DNA from: Oscillospiraceae bacterium | Lineage (GTDB): Bacteria; Bacillota; Clostridia; Oscillospirales; Oscillospiraceae | DNA: 64,000 nt | Direction: 5' to 3' | Assembly: GCA_020860205.1 (NCBI GenBank) | Contig: JAJBUU010000024.1 | Span: forward strand, 18,646 to 82,645 | Shown: in pieces, positions 25,763 to 35,448 of the stretch | Layout of the letters: every line of letters starts with the position of its first letter | Position numbering within the stretch: position 1 is the stretch's first letter | Notes under the pieces: generated by a model | The model's input: the letters and a program-made list of their open reading frames with translations, nothing else | Told to the model about the DNA's origin: nothing | The model's database searches: none | Made by a program: the position numbers and the translations under genes

Positions 25763-28393
25763 ATGAAAGAATTGCCAAAAGTCTATGAACCGCAGCGCGT
25801 GGAGCGCAGCATTTATGAGATGTGGGAGCAGGGCGGCTATTTCCACGCCAAAATCGACCCGGATAAGAAGCCGTTTTCCATCGTGATGCCGCCGCCGAAC
25901 GTGACCGGTCAGCTCCACATGGGTCACGCGCTGGACTGCACCTTGCAGGACATCCTGACCCGCTATAAACGGATGCAGGGCTATGCCGCACTCTGGCTGC
26001 CTGGCACCGACCATGCGGGCATTGCCACACAGATCAAGGTAGAGGAGGACCTGCGCGTCAACGAGGGGCTGACCCGCTACGATCTTGGCCGGGACGAGTT
26101 CCTGGCACGTGTCTGGAAGTGGAAGGACAAATACGGCAACCGCATCGTGGAGCAGCAGAAGCAGATGGGCGCCTCCTGCGACTGGGAACGCAGCCGTTTT
26201 ACGATGGACGAGGTCTGTGCCCGTGCGGTGCGGGAAACATTCTGCAATCTGTATGAAAAGGGCCTGATTTATAAGGGCAGCCGCATCATCAACTGGTGTC
26301 CCCACTGCCTGACCGCCCTGAGCGACGCAGAGGTGGAATATATAGATAAGCCCGGTCATCTCTGGTATATCCGCTACCCGCTCAGCGACGGCAGCGGCGA
26401 GATCACCGTTGCCACCACGCGCCCGGAGACGATGCTGGGCGATACCGGTGTTGCCGTAAACCCGGAGGATACGCGCTTCAGTCACCTGATCGGCAGGACC
26501 TGCATCCTTCCCCTTGTCGGACGGGAGATCCCCATCGTCGGGGACGCCTATTGCGAAATCGGCTTTGGTACCGGCGCGGTGAAGATGACCCCCGCCCATG
26601 ACCCCAACGACTTTGAGGTCGGGCAGCGACACGGGCTGGAGGTGATCCGCGTCATCGCGGACGACGGCAGCATCAACGAAAACGGCGGAAAGTATGAAGG
26701 TCTGGATCGCTACGAGTGCCGCCGGCAGATCGTGGCCGATTTGGATGCGGCGGGTTACCTGGTCAAGATCGAGGATTACAGCCACAACGTCGGCACCTGC
26801 TACCGCTGCCACAACGACGTGGAGCCGCTGATCTCCGCACAATGGTTCGTGAAGATGGAGCCGCTGGCAAAGGAAGCGATCCGGGTCGTGAAGGACGGCA
26901 CTGTAAAATTCGTGCCGGAGCGCTTTTCCAAAACCTATATCAACTGGATGGAAAACGTCCATGACTGGTGCATCTCGCGTCAGCTCTGGTGGGGACATCA
27001 GATCCCCGCATGGTACTGCGACGACTGCGGTCACATCAATGTCAGCCGCGAGGACCCGACGGTCTGCGAAAAATGTGGCAGCACGCACCTGACGCGGGAG
27101 GAGGATGTGCTGGACACATGGTTCTCCTCTGCGCTCTGGCCGTTTTCCACGATGGGCTGGCCAGAGAAAACGCCGGAGCTGGATTACTGGTATCCGACCA
27201 GCGTGATGGTCACGGGCTATGACATCATCTTTTTCTGGGTGGCGCGCATGATTTTTTCCGGTATGGAGCAGATGCAGGAACACCCGTTCGATACCGTGTT
27301 TATCCACGGCCTTGTGCGCGACGCGCAGGGACGCAAGATGAGCAAGAGTCTCGGCAACGGCATAGACCCGTTGGAGATGGTGGAAAAATACGGCGCGGAC
27401 GCGCTGCGCTTCAACCTGATCACCGGCAACTCGCCCGGAAACGATATGCGCTTTTATGTGGAAAAGTGCGAGGCAATGCGCAATTTCTGCAACAAGATAT
27501 GGAATGCCAGCCGCTTTGTCCTGATGAATCTGCAAATTGAGGATAACGCGCTGCCGGATACGCTGGAACTGCCTGACCGCTGGATACTCAGCACGCTGAA
27601 CGATACCGTGCGCGAGGTCTGCGAGAACATGGATCGCTTCGAGCTGGGCGTAGCCGCGTCCAAGCTCTATGACTTCATCTGGGACAGCTTCTGCGACTGG
27701 TATATCGAGCTGACAAAGCCGCGCCTGAACGGGACGGATGCGGCGGCTTCGGAGTGCGCGCAGCGGGTACTGCTCTATGTGCTGACGGAAATCCTGAAGC
27801 TGCTTCACCCGTTTATGCCCTTCATCACGGAGGAAATCTGGCAGGCCATTCCGCATGAGGGAGATGCGCTGATCGTTGCGGACTATCCGGTTTACCGTCC
27901 GGAGCTCTGCTTTGCGGAGGATGCGGCGAGCTTCAGCCTTGTGATGGAGGCGATCCGCGCCGTGCGCGCGCGCCGTGCGGAGATGAATGTGCCGCCATCC
28001 CGCAAAAGCCACCTGATCATCGTTGCGGAAGCGGCGCAGCGCGCAGCATTTGAACAGGGGCGGGACTACATCTGCAAGCTGGCCTATGCCGCAGAGCTGA
28101 CCGTTGCCGCCGAACCGCCGGAGGATGCGGCGGGCATGGTTTCCGTTGTCACCGGAAGCGCGCGGATGTTTATGCCGATGGCCGACCTCGTGGATATCGC
28201 GGCGGAGCGCGCCCGGCTGCAAAAGAACCTTGCCAATGCGGAAAAGCAGCTTGCCGCGCAGAACGCGAAGCTCTCCAATGAGAAATTCGTTTCCCGTGCG
28301 CCGGAGGCCGTCGTCAACACGGAGCGGGAGAAAAAGGCTTCGCTGGAGGCACTGATCGAAAATCTGAACGAGAGCCTGCGAAATCTGGGATAA
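25763..28393 (+). CDS. valS: Valine--tRNA ligase
   Basis: Start moved to [10 protein letters not shown] (RBS AAAGGAG); the track start at 25664 lies inside the T-box. [13 protein letters not shown] (HIGH), KMSKS, C-terminal coiled coil. Confidence 0.95.
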   Translation: MKELPKVYEPQRVERSIYEMWEQGGYFHAKIDPDKKPFSIVMPPPNVTGQLHMGHALDCTLQDILTRYKRMQGYAALWLPGTDHAGIATQIKVEEDLRVNEGLTRYDLGRDEFLARVWKWKDKYGNRIVEQQKQMGASCDWERSRFTMDEVCARAVRETFCNLYEKGLIYKGSRIINWCPHCLTALSDAEVEYIDKPGHLWYIRYPLSDGSGEITVATTRPETMLGDTGVAVNPEDTRFSHLIGRTCILPLVGREIPIVGDAYCEIGFGTGAVKMTPAHDPNDFEVGQRHGLEVIRVIADDGSINENGGKYEGLDRYECRRQIVADLDAAGYLVKIEDYSHNVGTCYRCHNDVEPLISAQWFVKMEPLAKEAIRVVKDGTVKFVPERFSKTYINWMENVHDWCISRQLWWGHQIPAWYCDDCGHINVSREDPTVCEKCGSTHLTREEDVLDTWFSSALWPFSTMGWPEKTPELDYWYPTSVMVTGYDIIFFWVARMIFSGMEQMQEHPFDTVFIHGLVRDAQGRKMSKSLGNGIDPLEMVEKYGADALRFNLITGNSPGNDMRFYVEKCEAMRNFCNKIWNASRFVLMNLQIEDNALPDTLELPDRWILSTLNDTVREVCENMDRFELGVAASKLYDFIWDSFCDWYIELTKPRLNGTDAAASECAQRVLLYVLTEILKLLHPFMPFITEEIWQAIPHEGDALIVADYPVYRPELCFAEDAASFSLVMEAIRAVRARRAEMNVPPSRKSHLIIVAEAAQRAAFEQGRDYICKLAYAAELTVAAEPPEDAAGMVSVVTGSARMFMPMADLVDIAAERARLQKNLANAEKQLAAQNAKLSNEKFVSRAPEAVVNTEREKKASLEALIENLNESLRNLG

Positions 28394-28403
28394 CGCAAAA
28401 AAT

Positions 28404-28445
28404 CACCGCACAGATCGACAGGCGCTGCCGTCGATTTGTGCGGTG
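28404..28445. terminator. Long hairpin between convergent valS and cvpA; compact member of the REP-like family
   Basis: caccgcacagatcgac..gtcgatttgtgcggtg (~16 bp stem). The T-run is on the minus-strand side (after cvpA). Confidence 0.6.
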
Positions 28446-28450
28446 GTTCC

Positions 28451-29131
28451 TTAAAGCGTGGAGGAAGCGAGCCGGGCGAGGATACGGCTTTGCGCCGCAA
28501 GATGCAGCAGCCCCTCGATTTGCAGCAGATTTGCCAGCCAGAGCAGCGCGTAGAGCGCAAGCGCGCATTCCGCGATCCCAAACGCCGCGCCGCCCAGACG
28601 ATCCGCAAAATGAATGACCGGAAGGCGGGTTGTCAGTCCAAGCGCGTTCTTGAGCAGCGTGAGCAGGAACAGCAGCAGCAAAAAGGACAGGAGAAAGAGC
28701 CCTGCGCGTACCAGCGTCCGTGTGGCCTGCAACAGCATCTCCGCTGCGGCGGATTCCACAATTTCCTGCGCGGTGGTCGTTGGGGATCCCATTGCGCGGG
28801 CGATGAAATCCTGTGTCTCCATGCCAAGATTCCGCATAAAGCGCAGCAGCGCGTCCGGGAACGACTGCTCCACAAGACCCGTCATGACCGCCGCGTCCGT
28901 TGTCTGCAATGCGGCTGCTTCCGGTGCAGCGGGCGAAATATGCGCCTGCACCCACGGATAGACCAGCGCCGTCACCGTGTCCGCCAGCGCGCGGGAGAGC
29001 AGATAAGCGCCGAGCATGGCGGCGAGGAACACCAGCAGCGACATCAGGCTCCGGTAAAGCCCCCTGCGTCCTTTGACGAGCGCGCAGATGCAAAATATGG
29101 CGGCAACCGCCGCATCCACGGCATGATCCAT
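28451..29131 (-). CDS. cvpA: CvpA-family membrane protein
   Basis: Start at MDHAVDAAVAAIF (RBS AAAGGAG). Four TM helices typical of the colicin V production protein family. Confidence 0.75.
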   Translation of the reverse strand: MDHAVDAAVAAIFCICALVKGRRGLYRSLMSLLVFLAAMLGAYLLSRALADTVTALVYPWVQAHISPAAPEAAALQTTDAAVMTGLVEQSFPDALLRFMRNLGMETQDFIARAMGSPTTTAQEIVESAAAEMLLQATRTLVRAGLFLLSFLLLLFLLTLLKNALGLTTRLPVIHFADRLGGAAFGIAECALALYALLWLANLLQIEGLLHLAAQSRILARLASSTL

Positions 29132-29226
29132 ATGCGCGTTTCTCCTTTCTGCCTGCTTTTCCTTATACAATACCGCTTTCTCTGCGGTCTTTCAAGCAAA
29201 ACTTTTTGTTTTGCAGGGAAAAAAGC

Positions 29227-29255
29227 TTGACTTCATTGCCGGAACGTGTTAAATT
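29227..29255 (+). promoter_or_regulatory. Sigma-A promoter for the aromatic amino acid operon leader
   Basis: TTGACT (29227-29232), 17 nt spacer, TG-extended TAAATT (29250-29255). Confidence 0.5.
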
Positions 29256-29301
29256 GAAAGTATCTTTTGATGTTTTATCGACAGAGAGGAGCCGGACTGC
29301 C

Positions 29302-29412
29302 ATGCACTGCGCCGCCGTCACTGGTTCTTATGGTTATTATTATTTTACACCGGCCCGCTATTTTGGGGGCTTTTATTATGGTGCTTCAAAATCGCAAGCT
29401 GTCCGGGTGTAA
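29302..29412 (+). CDS. Candidate Tyr/Phe-rich leader peptide (36 aa)
   Basis: GAGGAG (29286-29291) lies 10 nt before the ATG. MHCAAVTGSYGYYYFTPARYFGGFYYGASKSQAVRV has 7 Tyr and 3 Phe, all encoded by TAT/TTT. Followed by a terminator and the Phe/Tyr biosynthesis genes. Confidence 0.5.
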   Translation: MHCAAVTGSYGYYYFTPARYFGGFYYGASKSQAVRV

Positions 29413-29439
29413 AATAGTGCTTTTTTGTGGAATGCAAGC

Positions 29440-29471
29440 GGCCCTGTTTTCGGACAGGGTCGTTCTTTTTT
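29440..29471 (+). terminator. Intrinsic terminator inside the 5' leader (attenuator)
   Basis: ggccctgt-tttcgg-acagggtc followed by gttcTTTTTT, 70 nt upstream of the DUF554 start. No upstream same-strand gene needs it. Confidence 0.6.
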
Positions 29472-29541
29472 GTGCTCCGGCGCAAAAATCGCCGCAGATA
29501 CATTCATGCGTAAACTATTATATGAAAAGGGCAGAGAAACT

Positions 29542-30240
29542 ATGAACGGAGTTATTTTCAATACGCTCACCGTGCTGCTTGGCAGCGCCGTGGGACTGCT
29601 GCTGAAGAAAAACATCCCCAGACGTCTGAGCGAGGCCGTGATGATTGCAATCGGGCTTTGTACCCTCTATATCGGTGTGGACGGTGCGCTGGAGGGGAGC
29701 AACACCATCGTTTTGATCGTTTCCCTCGTCTGCGGCACTGCGGTCGGCACCGCGCTGGACATCGACGGACGGCTGAATCGACTGGGACTGCTGGTCGGCG
29801 ATCGCCTGAAGCGCGGCGGCGAGGAGAGCGGCGTTGCGGAAGGGTTCGTGACAGGCAGCCTGCTGTTCTGCATCGGCGCCATGACCATCGTCGGCTGCAT
29901 CAACGCCGGACTGACCGGCGACAATAAGCTGCTTTATACCAAGTCCATCATGGATTTGATTTCCTCCTGTATGCTTGCCGGAACGCTGGGCGTGGGCGTT
30001 ATGTGCGCTGCGGTTTTTGTGCTGCTGTTTCAGGGGCTGCTGGTGCTCTGCGCCGGCCTGCTGCAGGGACTTTTGACTGATACCGCACTGGTTGCGGAAA
30101 TCACCTGCGCAGGCAGCGTGATGATCATTGGACTCGGCCTGAACATACTCGGCATCACAAAGCTCAAGGTCGCGGATATGCTGCCCGCCATCGTACTGGT
30201 GCCGCCGATTTATCTGGCTGCACAGTACCTGCCGGTCTGA
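29542..30240 (+). CDS. DUF554-family membrane protein
   Basis: Start at MNGVIFNTLTVLLGSAVGLLLKK. Polytopic, Gly-rich helices typical of the YdfK/YqgA (DUF554) family. Confidence 0.8.
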   Translation: MNGVIFNTLTVLLGSAVGLLLKKNIPRRLSEAVMIAIGLCTLYIGVDGALEGSNTIVLIVSLVCGTAVGTALDIDGRLNRLGLLVGDRLKRGGEESGVAEGFVTGSLLFCIGAMTIVGCINAGLTGDNKLLYTKSIMDLISSCMLAGTLGVGVMCAAVFVLLFQGLLVLCAGLLQGLLTDTALVAEITCAGSVMIIGLGLNILGITKLKVADMLPAIVLVPPIYLAAQYLPV

Positions 30241-30322
30241 CTGCGGCGGGCACTGCAAGGAAAACAAGGGCGGCGCGTGATCTGGTGAAACGCGGCCTTG
30301 CCCAAGAAAGGAACCCCTGTTT

Positions 30323-31438
30323 ATGAATCTGGAAGAAGCAAGAAATGAAATTCGCGCCGCAGACGCGGAGATGGCTGCACAGTTTTTGCGGCGGATGCAC
30401 GCGGTCAAAGAGGTCGCGGCCTATAAGCGGGAGCACGGCCTGCCCGTGTTTGACAGGGAGCAGGAGGAACGGGTGGTGCATCGGAGTCTGGAATGGATCG
30501 ACGACCCCGAACTGCGCGACTATTTTGTGGAGTTTTTGCAGAACACCATGACCGTTTCCCGCCGCTACCAGCACCGGCTGATGGACGGAATGCGCATCGC
30601 CTACAGCGGCGTGGAAGGCGCGTTTGCCCACATCGCGGCAAAACGCATCTTTCCGGGCGGTACGCCGATGTCTTATCCCTCCTTTGAGGAGGCTTACAAC
30701 GCGGTTTCCTGCGGGGACTGTGACTGCGCGGTGCTGCCGATGGAAAACAGCTATGCCGGCGAGGTCGGGCAGGTGATGGACCTGATGTTCAGCGGAAGCC
30801 TCTCTGTCAACGGCATTTATGACCTGCGCATTTCGCAGAACCTGCTCGGCATACCGGGCGCGGCGCTTTCCGATATTCAGACCGTGGTCAGCCACCCGCA
30901 GGCGCTTGGCCAGTGCCAGCCCTATCTGCGGCGGCACAATCTGACCGAGAAGGAAAGCTCCAATACGGCGCGCGCCGCAAAGCTCGTGATGGAGCGGCAG
31001 GACGTGCATCTGGCCGCCATCGCGAGTGCGGAAACCGCCGCGCTCTATGGACTGCAAATTTTGGACCGTGACATCAACGAGAGCAAATTCAACACCACGC
31101 GCTTTGCGGTGTTCTCCCGTGCGGAGAATGCCAGCCCCGGCCGACGGGATTCCAGCGTGTTCCTGCTGATGTTCACCGTCCGAGAGAACGTAGCGGGCGC
31201 GCTGGCAAAGGCCATCAACGTCATCGGTACATACGGCTTTAATATGCGGGTGCTGCGCTCCCGTCCGCTGCGCACGCTGCCGTGGCAGTATTACTTTTAT
31301 GTGGAAGCGGAGGGGGACGATACCTCCGAAAACGGGCGGCACATGGTGGAGGCGCTCCGACAGGAATGCGTTATGCTGAAGGTCGTTGGACGGTTCCACG
31401 CGGGCGCGCTGGAGGAAGGCAGGGAGGAAACGCCATGA
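30323..31438 (+). CDS. pheA: Bifunctional chorismate mutase / prephenate dehydratase
   Basis: N-terminal CM_2 helix bundle (EIRAADAEMAAQFLRRMHAVKEVAAYK), PDT domain (MRIAYSGVEGAFAH...ENSYAGEV), C-terminal ACT domain. Confidence 0.9.
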   Translation: MNLEEARNEIRAADAEMAAQFLRRMHAVKEVAAYKREHGLPVFDREQEERVVHRSLEWIDDPELRDYFVEFLQNTMTVSRRYQHRLMDGMRIAYSGVEGAFAHIAAKRIFPGGTPMSYPSFEEAYNAVSCGDCDCAVLPMENSYAGEVGQVMDLMFSGSLSVNGIYDLRISQNLLGIPGAALSDIQTVVSHPQALGQCQPYLRRHNLTEKESSNTARAAKLVMERQDVHLAAIASAETAALYGLQILDRDINESKFNTTRFAVFSRAENASPGRRDSSVFLLMFTVRENVAGALAKAINVIGTYGFNMRVLRSRPLRTLPWQYYFYVEAEGDDTSENGRHMVEALRQECVMLKVVGRFHAGALEEGREETP

Positions 31439-32457
31439 TGATACCGGTCAGGCTTGGAGCGGACAGCTATGAGATTTTATTGCAGCGCGGCGGACTGCTC
31501 CGCGCCGGAGAATCCCTGAACCTGAACCGTCGCGTGCTGATCGTAACGGACGACGGCGTGCCGGACTCCTATGCGCAGACGGTTGCGGCACAGTGCAAAA
31601 CGCCGCTGATCCGCGCGGTTCCAGGCGGAGAGGGGAGCAAGTCCATGGAAACGCTGACGGAGCTGCTCTCCGCCATGCTCCGCGCGGGATTTACGCGCGG
31701 GGACTGCGTGGTCGCCGTTGGCGGCGGCGTGGTAGGCGACCTTGCCGGTTTTGCCGCAGCCTGCTATATGCGCGGCGTGGATTTTTACAACATCCCGACC
31801 ACGGTGCTTTCACAGGTGGACTCCTCCATTGGCGGAAAGACCGCCGTGAATCTGGACGGGATCAAGAACATCGTCGGCGCGTTCTATCAGCCAAAGGCAG
31901 TGCTGATCGACATGGACACGCTGGACACCCTTCCGCAAAGGCAGATCTCCGCCGGACTGGCGGAGGCGGTGAAAATGGCGCTTATCTTTGACGCGGCGCT
32001 GTTCGCGCGGATGGAAACGGAGGGGTTTACGCAGGAGAATGCGGAGGCGATCATCGCACGTTCCCTGGAGCTGAAGGCGGCGGTGGTGGAGGCCGACGAG
32101 AAGGAGCAGGGGCTGCGGAAAACGCTGAACTTTGGTCACACAATCGGTCACGGGATCGAGAGCGTGTCCTCCGCGACGCTCTATCATGGCGAGTGCGTTG
32201 CATTGGGAATGCTTCCCATGTGCGCGCCGGATGTGCGCGCGCGACTGGTTCCGGTGCTGCAAAAGCTCTCCCTGCCGCTGCGTTGCGCTGCCGACCCGGA
32301 GCGGGTCTATGCGGCCATGCTGCACGACAAAAAGAGCGCGGAGGGGCGTCTGAGCGTCATCCGCTGCCCGCGACCCGGCGCTTATGAGATGGAATGCGTG
32401 GAACCCGCCGCGCTGCGGGATGGCATCAACATGATTTGCAGGGGGGCAACGGAATGA
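31435..32457 (+). CDS. aroB: 3-dehydroquinate synthase
   Basis: ATGA overlap with the pheA stop. GGGVVGDLAGFAAA, metal-binding HGE/HTIGH motifs. Confidence 0.9.
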   Translation: MMIPVRLGADSYEILLQRGGLLRAGESLNLNRRVLIVTDDGVPDSYAQTVAAQCKTPLIRAVPGGEGSKSMETLTELLSAMLRAGFTRGDCVVAVGGGVVGDLAGFAAACYMRGVDFYNIPTTVLSQVDSSIGGKTAVNLDGIKNIVGAFYQPKAVLIDMDTLDTLPQRQISAGLAEAVKMALIFDAALFARMETEGFTQENAEAIIARSLELKAAVVEADEKEQGLRKTLNFGHTIGHGIESVSSATLYHGECVALGMLPMCAPDVRARLVPVLQKLSLPLRCAADPERVYAAMLHDKKSAEGRLSVIRCPRPGAYEMECVEPAALRDGINMICRGATE

Positions 32458-33554
32458 AAAACAGCTTTGGAACCTCCGTCTGTGTCACGCTGTTTGGCGA
32501 GAGCCACGGCGAGGCCATCGGCGCGGTGCTGGACGGTCTTGCGCCCGGTATCCCGGTGGATACGGACTATATCGCTGCGCAGCTCGCGCTGCGGCGGCCA
32601 TATGGCAGCATTTCCACCGCGCGGCAGGAGCCTGACCGGTTCCAAATCGTCAGCGGAGTATTCGAGGGACGCACCACGGGAACGCCGCTTTGCATCCTGA
32701 TCCCAAATGTGAGCGCCCGCAGCAGGGACTATGCCGCGACGCGCGCGCTGGCGAGGCCGGGTCATGCGGATTATACGGCTTACTGCAAGTACCACGGATT
32801 TGAGGACTATCGCGGCGGCGGACACTTCAGCGGGCGCATCACGGCGGCGCTGACGGCGGTCGGCGCGGTCGCGCTGACCGCGCTGCGCGGAAAGGGTATC
32901 GTAATCGGGACGCACATTGCCCGCTGCGGCGGCGTGGCTGACCGCCCCTTTTCCGACGACATTGCATCGGACATCACGCAGCTTGCTGCACTGCGGTTCG
33001 CCGTGCTGGACGAAGCGCGGGCGGACGAGATGCAGCAGGCCATCGCAGTTGCCGCTGCGGAGGGCGACAGCGTGGGCGGCGAGCTGGAAACAGCGGTTTG
33101 CGGACTGCCGAACGGCGTGGGCGAACCGTGGTTCGATACGCTGGAGGGACTGCTTTCCCACGCGCTGTTTTCCGTTCCCGGCGTAAAGGGCGTAGCCTTT
33201 GGCGACGCGCCGGAGCTGCTGGATGCGCGCGGCAGCGAATATAACGATCCCTTTTATCTGGATGCCGGTACGGTGAAAACCAGAACCAACCACAACGGCG
33301 GCGTCAACGGCGGCATCAGCAACGGAATGCCCCTGCGTTTCCGCTGCGCGGTGAAGCCGACGCCGTCCATCTATAAGCCGCAGCAGACGGTGGACTTTCT
33401 GCATGGCGCGGATGCAGCGCTTCAAATAGAGGGGCGGCACGACCCCGCGATTATTCACCGCGCGCGCGTGGTGGTGGACAGCGTGACCGCGCTGGCGCTG
33501 TGCGACGCGCTTGCCATGCGCTTTGGCACGGATTATCTGGGAGGGCAGCCATGA
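32454..33554 (+). CDS. aroC: Chorismate synthase
   Basis: ATGA overlap with the aroB stop. FGESHG, RPGHAD, GGGHFSGR signature motifs. Confidence 0.95.
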   Translation: MKNSFGTSVCVTLFGESHGEAIGAVLDGLAPGIPVDTDYIAAQLALRRPYGSISTARQEPDRFQIVSGVFEGRTTGTPLCILIPNVSARSRDYAATRALARPGHADYTAYCKYHGFEDYRGGGHFSGRITAALTAVGAVALTALRGKGIVIGTHIARCGGVADRPFSDDIASDITQLAALRFAVLDEARADEMQQAIAVAAAEGDSVGGELETAVCGLPNGVGEPWFDTLEGLLSHALFSVPGVKGVAFGDAPELLDARGSEYNDPFYLDAGTVKTRTNHNGGVNGGISNGMPLRFRCAVKPTPSIYKPQQTVDFLHGADAALQIEGRHDPAIIHRARVVVDSVTALALCDALAMRFGTDYLGGQP

Positions 33555-34795
33555 AATACGGACTTTTGGGCGAACACCTGACGCACAGCTTTTCCGCAGA
33601 GATACACCGGAAGTTGGGACGTTATTCCTATGAGCTGCGGGAGATTTCCCCGGAGGCGTTGCCGGAGTTTTTGACACGGCGGGATTTTTGCGGTCTGAAC
33701 ATCACCATCCCCTACAAGGAAACGGTGATCCCTTATCTGGATGAGATCACGCCGCGCGCCGCGTCCATCGGCGCGGTCAATACGATCGTGAACCGGGACG
33801 GGCGGCTTTGCGGCGACAACACGGACTATGGTGGGATGCAGCTTTTGGTGGAGCGCATGGGGCTTTCCCTCGCGGGAAAAAGGGTGCTGATCGCCGGAAC
33901 CGGCGGCACCAGCAAAACGGCGTTGGCTCTCTGCCATGCGCTTGGCGCGGGAGAAGTATACCGTCTCAGCCGCAGCGGACGGGAGGACGCGATTTCTTAC
34001 GATGCGGCGCGGGAAGCCCATGCGGATGCGGACATCCTGTTCAATACCACGCCCAGCGGAATGTTTCCCAAATCGGATGCGGCGCCGGTCGATCTGGCGG
34101 ACTTCCCGGCGCTCACCGGCGTGGTGGACGTGATTTATAACCCGCTGACGACCCGTCTGGTGCGTCAGGCCCGCGCGCGGGGAATTCCAGCGGAAAACGG
34201 ACTATATATGCTCGTGGCGCAGGCTGTGCTGGCCGCAGAGCAGTTCACTGGCGCGGACTTTGGCGCGGAGACTGTGGAACGGATTTACGCTTCGCTTACG
34301 TTTGAAAAGCGCAGCATCGTCCTGATCGGGATGCCCGGCAGCGGCAAGTCCACGCTGGGGGAGATATTGGCGCGGCGGCTGAACCGCCCGCTTCTGGATA
34401 CGGACGCGGAGGTCGTTGCCCGCGCCGGAGCGCCCGTTACGGAGATTTTCGCCCGGCAGGGCGAGGCGGCGTTCCGCGCGCTGGAAACGGAAACGGTTCG
34501 GGCGCTGGGTGAGCGCGGCGGCGCGGTGATTGCAACAGGCGGCGGCGTACCGCTGCGGCCGGAGAACGTGGATGCGCTGCGCGCCAACGGTACGCTGGTA
34601 TTTTTAGACCGCGCGCTGGAAACGCTGCTGCCGACGGACGACCGCCCGCTGGCGAACAGCGCGGAGAAGATACGCGCGCTTTATACGCAGCGGCGCCCCA
34701 TTTACCAGGCCGCTGCGGACGTTACAGTGGAGGTTTCAGGTACGCCGGAGGAAACTGCGGAACGGATTTTATCGGCGCTCTCCGCCGGAGAATAG
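33551..34795 (+). CDS. aroE: Fused shikimate dehydrogenase / shikimate kinase
   Basis: ATGA overlap with the aroC stop. N-terminal AroE (GLNITIPYKE, NTDYGG, GTGGTSK); C-terminal AroK (IGMPGSGKSTLG, ATGGG). Confidence 0.9.
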   Translation: MKYGLLGEHLTHSFSAEIHRKLGRYSYELREISPEALPEFLTRRDFCGLNITIPYKETVIPYLDEITPRAASIGAVNTIVNRDGRLCGDNTDYGGMQLLVERMGLSLAGKRVLIAGTGGTSKTALALCHALGAGEVYRLSRSGREDAISYDAAREAHADADILFNTTPSGMFPKSDAAPVDLADFPALTGVVDVIYNPLTTRLVRQARARGIPAENGLYMLVAQAVLAAEQFTGADFGAETVERIYASLTFEKRSIVLIGMPGSGKSTLGEILARRLNRPLLDTDAEVVARAGAPVTEIFARQGEAAFRALETETVRALGERGGAVIATGGGVPLRPENVDALRANGTLVFLDRALETLLPTDDRPLANSAEKIRALYTQRRPIYQAAADVTVEVSGTPEETAERILSALSAGE

Positions 34796-34867
34796 GATAT
34801 TTCAAAGCCGCTGTTGCGCGCACGGGCGGACAGGCTCCGTCCCGGCGCACGGCAAGCGCTTTATCAG

Positions 34868-34951
34868 ATGCATCACCGCGCAAATGCGCCTGCGGCGGCC
34901 TGACGGCAATTTCCCGGCAGCCGCGCCTGTCGATTTATGCGGCGAAGGCTC
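34868..34951. repeat. REP-like palindromic element inside the aro operon
   Basis: gatgcatcaccgcgcaaatgcgcctgcggcggcctgacggc...ccgcgcctgtcgatttatgcggcgaaggctc. The 5' and 3' arms are imperfectly complementary. Very similar to 52178-52338. Confidence 0.6.
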
Positions 34952-35010
34952 AAAATAAAATCCGCCCGCCGCCGAACCGGCGGAACGGGGCGGCAATCAG
35001 GAGGATTTCC

Positions 35011-35448
35011 ATGCAGCTACTTGTCATAAACGGTCCCAACATCAATATGCTGGGCATCCGGGAGCCGGATATTTACGGCGCGGAGAATTATCAGACGCTT
35101 TGCCGCCGCGTGGAGGACTACGCAAAGGCCGCAGGCGTCGGCGTGGAGATTTACCAGTCCAATCACGAGGGCGATCTGGTGGACAAAATACAGGCGGCCT
35201 ATGGCCACGTGGACGGGATCGTTATCAATCCCGGCGCTTATACCCATACGAGCGTCGCGCTGCTCGATGCGGTGAAGGCCGTGTCTATCCCAACGGTGGA
35301 GGTGCATATTTCCGATGTGGCCGCGCGGGAGGACTTCCGGCAGATCAGCTATATCCGTGCCGCCTGTGTCGCCACCATCGCCGGACGCGGCATACAGGGT
35401 TATCTGGACGCGATGCAGCTTTTGATGGAACAGGGGGCAGGGAAATGA
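35011..35448 (+). CDS. aroQ: Type II 3-dehydroquinate dehydratase
   Basis: MQLLVINGPNINMLGIREPDIYG, HISD motif, 145 aa. Confidence 0.95.
   Translation: MQLLVINGPNINMLGIREPDIYGAENYQTLCRRVEDYAKAAGVGVEIYQSNHEGDLVDKIQAAYGHVDGIVINPGAYTHTSVALLDAVKAVSIPTVEVHISDVAAREDFRQISYIRAACVATIAGRGIQGYLDAMQLLMEQGAGK

Noticed and set aside
29262-29541. T-box or TRAP-type control of the aromatic operon leader.
   Set aside because: No GGTGGTACCGCG-like T-box core, no specifier-loop architecture and no (G/U)AG triplet repeats. The Tyr/Phe leader ORF explains the region better.
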